From Allosphingosinicella sp. (lineage in GTDB: Bacteria > Pseudomonadota > Alphaproteobacteria > Sphingomonadales > Sphingomonadaceae): DNA of 64,000 nt. Numbering within the stretch: the first letter of the stretch is position 1; every line of letters starts with the position of its first letter. Location: assembly GCA_036399095.1 (NCBI GenBank), contig DASWNT010000022.1:9309-73308 (forward strand), in the 5' to 3' direction. Below, piece after piece: positions 59,028 through 64,000 of this stretch. The position numbers were made by a program, and so were the translations under genes. Under the pieces are notes generated by a model. It did no database searches and was not told where the DNA came from. It worked only from the letters and a program-made list of their open reading frames with translations.

Positions 59028-59594
59028 ATGAAGAAGATTGCATTGATTGCAAGCGCGGCGGTTCTGCCGTTCGCGCTTCCGGCTGCTGCTTTTGCACAGG
59101 AATCCACGTCCGGCGCCCATGCTTATGTCGGCGGCCAGGTCGGCCTTCACAACCTGGGCATCGACGAAGAAGATTTCGACGATGACGATTTCCAGATCGA
59201 CGACGGCGCCCTGATCTACGGCGTCTACGGCGGCGTTGATTTCGACATCGGCACCAGCGCGGTGATCGGCGTTGAAGGCAATTTCAACATGGGCAACGGC
59301 CCGATCGACACCGAATATGGCGTCGCCGGCCGCATCGGCTTCAAGGCCGGCACCAGCGGCACGGTGATCTTCGCCCGCGCCGGTTACCAGTGGATCAACA
59401 TCGATCCGGAAGGCCTCGTCGGCGTTGACGAAGACCTGATCGACGACGACGATCTCGACGACACCATCGGCGATTACCTCGTCGGCGTCGGCGCGGACAT
59501 CGCGGTCGGCCAGAATGCCGGCCTGCGCGTCGCGGTCGATACGATCTCGTTCGACACGCTGCGCCCGACCGTCGGCTTCCACTTCCGGTTCTAA
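59028..59594 (+). CDS. small outer-membrane beta-barrel protein with two poly-acidic loops
   Basis: GGGGAAAG lies upstream of the ATG. Signal peptide ...AAAFAQE, alternating-hydrophobic strands, and a C-terminal GFHFRF terminal Phe. Confidence 0.75.
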   Translation: MKKIALIASAAVLPFALPAAAFAQESTSGAHAYVGGQVGLHNLGIDEEDFDDDDFQIDDGALIYGVYGGVDFDIGTSAVIGVEGNFNMGNGPIDTEYGVAGRIGFKAGTSGTVIFARAGYQWINIDPEGLVGVDEDLIDDDDLDDTIGDYLVGVGADIAVGQNAGLRVAVDTISFDTLRPTVGFHFRF

Positions 59595-59624
59595 AAAACC
59601 GGTAGCGCAAGCTGCGACTTTGAA

Positions 59625-59658
59625 GCGGCCGGTTCCCCTGGGAGCCGGCCGCTTTTCT
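59625..59658 (+). terminator. rho-independent terminator
   Basis: GCGGCCGG-N12-CCGGCCGC followed by TTTTCT, 30 nt after the outer-membrane protein stop. Confidence 0.65.
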
Positions 59659-59720
59659 GTGCTCCAATGCCGCCGTCTGCTCCCCTGTCGTTTTGCGCTG
59701 CGCTGGGTTAGGGCGCTTTC

Positions 59721-62036
59721 ATGCTGACCAAGACTTCGCCCGACCTCGACGCGCTCCGCCTTCTCGACGATCGCCTGCGCTGGCTGTCCGCCTGGACGAT
59801 CCACAACGCCAACCACCTCAGAGAAAGCCGCGACGGATTAAAGGTCGGCGGCCACCAGGCGAGCTGCGCGTCGATGACGGCAATTATGGCCGCGCTGTAT
59901 TTCCACGCACTCGGGCCGAACGACCGGGTGGCGGTGAAGCCGCACGCCGGACCGGTGCTCCATGCCATCCATTATCTGATGGGCACGCAAAGCCGGGAGC
60001 AGCTGGAGAATTTCCGCGGCTTCGGCGGCATGCAAAGCTATCCGAGCCGCACCAAGGACAAGATCCCGGTGGATTTCTCGACAGGCTCCGTCGGGCTCGG
60101 CGTCGCCATCACCGCTTTCTCCAGCCTGGTGCAGGATTACATGATCGCTAACGGCATGATGCAGCCGGAGGATGCGGGGCGCTTCGTGGCACTGATGGGC
60201 GACGCGGAGCTCGATGAAGGCAATATCTACGAGTGCCTGATCGAGGGCTATAAGCACGACATCCGCAATTGCTGGTGGATCGTCGACTACAATCGGCAGT
60301 CGCTCGATCACACCACCGCCGAGCGGATGTTCCGCCGGTTCGACGACATCTTCGCCGCCTGTGGCTGGCGGGTGGTGACGCTGAAATACGGCACCAGGAT
60401 GGAAGCCGCTTTCGTTGAACCGGGCGGCGAGGCGCTGAAGGCCTGGATCGACGAGTGCGGCAACGCCGATTATGCGGCGCTCACCTATCTTGGCGGCGCG
60501 GCCTGGCGGGAGCGGCTGCTCAAGGAGGCACCGGCCACCAAGCCGATCCTGGACGCCCGCGACGACGAGGCGCTTGCCTCCTTGATGACCAACCTGGCCG
60601 GCCACGACATGGCGAGCCTGGTGGAAGCGTTCGACAAGGCGCAGGACGATGTGCCGACCCTGTTCATCGCCTACACGGTGAAGGGGAAGGGGCTGCCTTT
60701 CGCGGGCCACAAGGACAATCATGCCGGGCTGATGAACCCGGGGCAGATTGCCGCTTTGCGCGAGCGCATGGGCATCGCCGAAGGCGAGGAGTGGGAGCCC
60801 TGGGCGGGGCTCGGCGGCAATTCGGCCGAGGCGGTGCGCTCTGTCGTCGAGAACAGCCGCATCGCGCGGGCGAAGCGGGAGCGGGTTTGGAACGTCGCGG
60901 ACGTGCCGGCCATTCCGGTGCCTTCGGGTGAGGAGCAATCGACGCAGGCGGCGTTCGGGCGAATCCTGCTCGATCTCTCGCGCGCCGGCGGAGCGCTTGC
61001 GGACCGCATTGTCACGACTTCGCCCGACGTCACCGTCTCCACCAACCTCGGCGCCTGGGTGAACCAGCGCGGCCTGTTCCGCCGCCAGGAACTCGCCGAC
61101 GTCTTTGCCGCCGCCAAAATCCCGTCCGCGCAGAAATGGGGCGGCCACCAAGCGGGCCAGCATATCGAATTGGGAATCGCCGAGAACAACCTGTTCCTGA
61201 TGCTCGCCGCCATGGGCCTGGCCGGTGACATGTTCAGCGACCGGTTGTTCCCGATCGGCACCGTCTACGACCCTTTCATTGCTCGCGGCCTCGATGCGCT
61301 CAACTACGCCTGCTACCAGGACGCGCGCTTCCTGCTTGTCGCGACGCCGTCCGGCGTGACGCTTGGGCCCGAGGGCGGCGCGCACCAGTCGATCAACCCA
61401 CCGCTGATCGCGCTCGGCCAGCCGGGCCTTCGCCATTACGAGCCCGCTTTCGCCGACGAGCTTGCGTTGCTGATGGAGGAAGCCTTTCGGCTGATGCAGA
61501 CGCCGGACGGGGAGAGCGTCTATCTGCGCCTCACCACCCGCACCATCACCCAGGTCGCCCGCGAGGATGACGGCTGGAAGGCGGACGCGGTGGCTGGCGG
61601 CTATTGGCTCCGCAAGCCGGCCGGCGGCGCCGAAGCGGCCTTGGTCTATTCCGGCGCACTTGCCCCCGAAGCCCTCGCCGCCTGGGACGCGCTGAAGGAT
61701 GACGTCCCTGGCCTCGGTCTCCTTGCAATCACCTCGCCCGATCTCCTCCACCGCGGCTGGAGCGCCCGCGCGGCGGGCCGCTGGAAGGGAGGCGGCGCGG
61801 AGCCGAGCCACATCGAGCGGCTGCTTGCCCCGCTTGCCCCAGGCGCGGGGCTCGTTACCCTGCTCGACGGCGCACCCGCCTCCCTCTCCTGGCTTGGCGG
61901 CGTGCGCGGGCAGCGGGTCAGTCCGCTCGGCGTCGACCGCTTCGGCCAAACCGGCGACCTTCACGATCTCTACCGCGAATACCGGCTCGACGTGGAGGCC
62001 ATCGTCGAAGCGGCGGCGGAGCTGTTCCTGGGCTGA
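59721..62036 (+). CDS. thiamine-diphosphate enzyme, homodimeric E1 (AceE-like) / transketolase superfamily
   Basis: GGHQASCASMTAIMAALYF and the ThDP motif GDAELDEGNIYE...VDYNRQSLD are followed by pyrimidine-binding and C-terminal transketolase-like domains. 771 aa. Confidence 0.72.
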   Translation: MLTKTSPDLDALRLLDDRLRWLSAWTIHNANHLRESRDGLKVGGHQASCASMTAIMAALYFHALGPNDRVAVKPHAGPVLHAIHYLMGTQSREQLENFRGFGGMQSYPSRTKDKIPVDFSTGSVGLGVAITAFSSLVQDYMIANGMMQPEDAGRFVALMGDAELDEGNIYECLIEGYKHDIRNCWWIVDYNRQSLDHTTAERMFRRFDDIFAACGWRVVTLKYGTRMEAAFVEPGGEALKAWIDECGNADYAALTYLGGAAWRERLLKEAPATKPILDARDDEALASLMTNLAGHDMASLVEAFDKAQDDVPTLFIAYTVKGKGLPFAGHKDNHAGLMNPGQIAALRERMGIAEGEEWEPWAGLGGNSAEAVRSVVENSRIARAKRERVWNVADVPAIPVPSGEEQSTQAAFGRILLDLSRAGGALADRIVTTSPDVTVSTNLGAWVNQRGLFRRQELADVFAAAKIPSAQKWGGHQAGQHIELGIAENNLFLMLAAMGLAGDMFSDRLFPIGTVYDPFIARGLDALNYACYQDARFLLVATPSGVTLGPEGGAHQSINPPLIALGQPGLRHYEPAFADELALLMEEAFRLMQTPDGESVYLRLTTRTITQVAREDDGWKADAVAGGYWLRKPAGGAEAALVYSGALAPEALAAWDALKDDVPGLGLLAITSPDLLHRGWSARAAGRWKGGGAEPSHIERLLAPLAPGAGLVTLLDGAPASLSWLGGVRGQRVSPLGVDRFGQTGDLHDLYREYRLDVEAIVEAAAELFLG

Positions 62037-62098
62037 GCGGCGGAACCATCACCCGTCCGCCACTGTTTTCCAGCCGAACCTTTATTCGGAGACGAACC

Positions 62099-62311
62099 AT
62101 GTTGGGCAAAATTCTCGGCGGCTATGTCGGCCAGCGCGTTGGCAACCGGTACAACCGCGAAAGCGGCGGCAGCGGGCTTCGCGGCGCATTGATCGGCACC
62201 GGCATTGCCATGGTTGCGCGCCGCGGCCTCGGCCCGCTCGGCCTGCTGCTCGGCGGCGGCTATGTTGCCAAGAAGGTGATGGACCGCCGCCGCGACCGGC
62301 GCGACCGCTAA
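62099..62311 (+). CDS. hypothetical Gly-rich small membrane protein with Arg-rich tail
   Basis: GGAGA lies 7 nt upstream of the ATG. GxxxG-rich segments end in DRRRDRRDR. A terminator hairpin follows. Confidence 0.45.
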   Translation: MLGKILGGYVGQRVGNRYNRESGGSGLRGALIGTGIAMVARRGLGPLGLLLGGGYVAKKVMDRRRDRRDR

Positions 62312-62343
62312 GGACGCTTTCGCAGCGAAGCCTACGAAATCAG

Positions 62344-62376
62344 CCCCTCTCGGATTCGTTCGGGGAGGGGTTTTCC
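62344..62376. terminator. hairpin with T-tract between convergent genes
   Basis: CCCCTC-N15-GAGGGG followed by TTTTCC. It abuts the stop of the minus-strand DUF202 gene. Confidence 0.5.
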
Positions 62377-62760
62377 TTATCCCCCGCTTTTGATCTTGAG
62401 CAGCCACATGGCGGCGATCAACGCCGCGATGGAGGCAATGATCGCGTAGCTGATCAGGCGCAGGTTGCGCGCCCGCACCGTCTCCACCTCGTGCGTCTTA
62501 AGCCGCGACATGATCGCGCAGGCGCGCCGTTCAGAGGTCCAGAAGACGACGATCGCAATCAGCAGGAACGCGGTCGCGATGCCCTTGGGCACCCAGTCGG
62601 GCTCCATTTTGTTGAACAAGGCCTGGAAGCCGAGGCCCACGCCGACCGCGGCGAAGCCCGTGCGCATCCAGCCGGCGAAGGTCCGTTCGTTGGCAAGGAT
62701 CGTCCGGTCCTCGGCAAGGTCCGTGCGGTCCTCAGCGAGTTCGGTCTTGCTTTCAGCCAT
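62377..62760 (-). CDS. DUF202 (YidH-like) membrane protein
   Basis: MAESKTELAEDRTDLAEDRTILANERTFAGWMRT has the duplicated DRT/ERT motif characteristic of DUF202, followed by three TM helices. Confidence 0.72.
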   Translation of the reverse strand: MAESKTELAEDRTDLAEDRTILANERTFAGWMRTGFAAVGVGLGFQALFNKMEPDWVPKGIATAFLLIAIVVFWTSERRACAIMSRLKTHEVETVRARNLRLISYAIIASIAALIAAMWLLKIKSGG

Positions 62761-64000
62761 CGCCGCCCGGCTCCGCCGATCCGCGTGCGCCGCGTCCGCC
62801 GGCGCCGCTCGGTTCCCCTCGCCCGCCGGGCTCGCGGCTTCGCTCGGACTGGCCTGGAGGCGCCGGGGGAGGACCGATTGTCGGTATCTCCTCGTCCGGC
62901 GCGTCGCGGTCGCTCGGGATCGGCTCGCTGCCGGTGTCCGATGGGCGGGCGGAGACGGTAAAGCCGTTTTCATCGACGCTGACGCCGACATCCAGCCCTT
63001 CAACCGGCAGCGTCACTGAAGCGTTGGAGCCGGTCGCCTGCACTTCCACCGGCGCTGCGATCGGCGGCGCGGTCGGCTGGGCCGGGCGGGTGCCGACGGC
63101 TTGTGCGGTGAAGTCGCGCCAGATCTTGGCCGGCATGCCGCCGCCCGCCATTCCGCCGGGGAGCGGGCTGTTGTCGTCGTTGCCGATCCACACGCCTACG
63201 ACGAGGTCTTCGGCAAAGCCGACGAACACCGCGTCTCGGCTGTCCTGGGTGGTGCCGGTCTTCCCGAAAGCGGGCACAGACAAAGCAGCAGCGCGGCCCG
63301 TGCCCTGCTGAACCACCGCGCCGAGCATTTCCTTCATTTCATCGAAATTGGGATCGCTGGTCGCCCCGGCGACGCTGCGCTTCCACATGCTCTGCCACCA
63401 GCTTTGCTCCTCATCCTCCAGCCCCACCGGCCGGATCGGATAAGCACCCGCCGCGACCGCCGCATAAGCGGAGGTGAGTTCGAGCAGCGTGACGCCCGAC
63501 GTGCCGAGGGCGAGGCTGGGGTTGGAGGTTAGCGGGCTGCGGACCCCAAGATCGCGGGCGGTGCGGATCACATTATCCATGCCGACGCGCTGTGCGAGCC
63601 GCACGGAGGCCACATTGCTAGACACGGCAAGCGCGTCCTTGAGGGTCAGGGTCCCGCGATACCGGTCTTGATAATTCTTGGGCTGCCAATTGCCGACGCG
63701 GAGCGGGCGGTCGGCGATCTGGTCGTCGGGGTCCATGCCGGAGCGCAAGGCGGCGAGCCAGACGAAGAGCTTGAAGGCGGAGCCGGGCTGGCGCCGGGCC
63801 TGGGTGGCGCGGTTGAACGGGCTGCGCGCATAATCCTTGCCGCCGACCATGGCGACAACGCGCCCGTCCGGCCGCATCGCGACAAGCGCGACCTGAGCGG
63901 AGCCGAGCCCGGCTTTCTTCACCGTCTGCAGCGCCACCTTCTGTAGCTTGGCTTCCAGCGTGGTTTGCACGGTCTGCGCGCCATAAGCTTCCTCCGCGTC
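62753..64000 (-). CDS. class A penicillin-binding protein, C-terminal part (5' end outside window)
   Basis: Transpeptidase motifs SAFK (RQPGSAFKLF), SSN (AVSSNVA) and KTGTT. The frame is open to nt 64000. The C-terminal tail is Pro/Gly-rich. Confidence 0.82.
   Translation of the reverse strand, partial: DAEEAYGAQTVQTTLEAKLQKVALQTVKKAGLGSAQVALVAMRPDGRVVAMVGGKDYARSPFNRATQARRQPGSAFKLFVWLAALRSGMDPDDQIADRPLRVGNWQPKNYQDRYRGTLTLKDALAVSSNVASVRLAQRVGMDNVIRTARDLGVRSPLTSNPSLALGTSGVTLLELTSAYAAVAAGAYPIRPVGLEDEEQSWWQSMWKRSVAGATSDPNFDEMKEMLGAVVQQGTGRAAALSVPAFGKTGTTQDSRDAVFVGFAEDLVVGVWIGNDDNSPLPGGMAGGGMPAKIWRDFTAQAVGTRPAQPTAPPIAAPVEVQATGSNASVTLPVEGLDVGVSVDENGFTVSARPSDTGSEPIPSDRDAPDEEIPTIGPPPAPPGQSERSREPGGRGEPSGAGGRGARGSAEPGGDG

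Noticed and set aside
59838-61964. 708-aa minus-strand ORF antisense to the ThDP enzyme; similarly 58443..59816 (457 aa), 44452..45834 (460 aa) and 37288..38580 (430 aa)
   Set aside because: All overlap genes with clear family motifs on the other strand and show shadow-ORF composition.

Overview
High-GC alphaproteobacterial chromosome segment. Gene content and synteny look like Sphingomonadales, which is inference only. I support about 57 protein genes, 2 tRNAs, several hairpins and REP-like repeats. I found no rRNA, CRISPR array, transposase or integrase. Most of the window is housekeeping: astA-astB, hemB, valS-popZ-like-tolC-pcm, glcB, recO, uvrC, the F0 ATP synthase operon atpI-B-E-b'-b, ydbH-ynbE-ydbL, radC, a CoA-transferase/acyl-CoA dehydrogenase pair, a DUF47-PiT phosphate module, msrB and acs. 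The best candidate for an undescribed system is the minus-strand block 17186-20660. It holds an ECF sigma factor and a 4-TM anti-sigma-like protein, then a structured palindromic spacer, then a tightly packed operon. That operon encodes a 42-aa peptide (polar N-half, Cys-containing hydrophobic tail), a strong UUCG-loop hairpin, a 331-aa HEAT-repeat protein and a 309-aa protein with a cupin-like His motif. I recognise none of these three products. Other notable items are a 1641-aa orphan RTX protein with seven N-terminal propeller-like repeats, a complete cyanophycin cluster (cphA-iaaA-cphE), and a NUDIX-like reading frame with no canonical start and no stop of its own that runs in frame into the DUF47 gene. 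An outer-membrane beta-barrel with duplicated poly-acidic loops is also unusual. Many long ORFs in the six-frame track are antisense or out-of-frame shadows typical of high-GC DNA and were rejected. All functional calls rest on my recollection of family motifs. No database search was possible.
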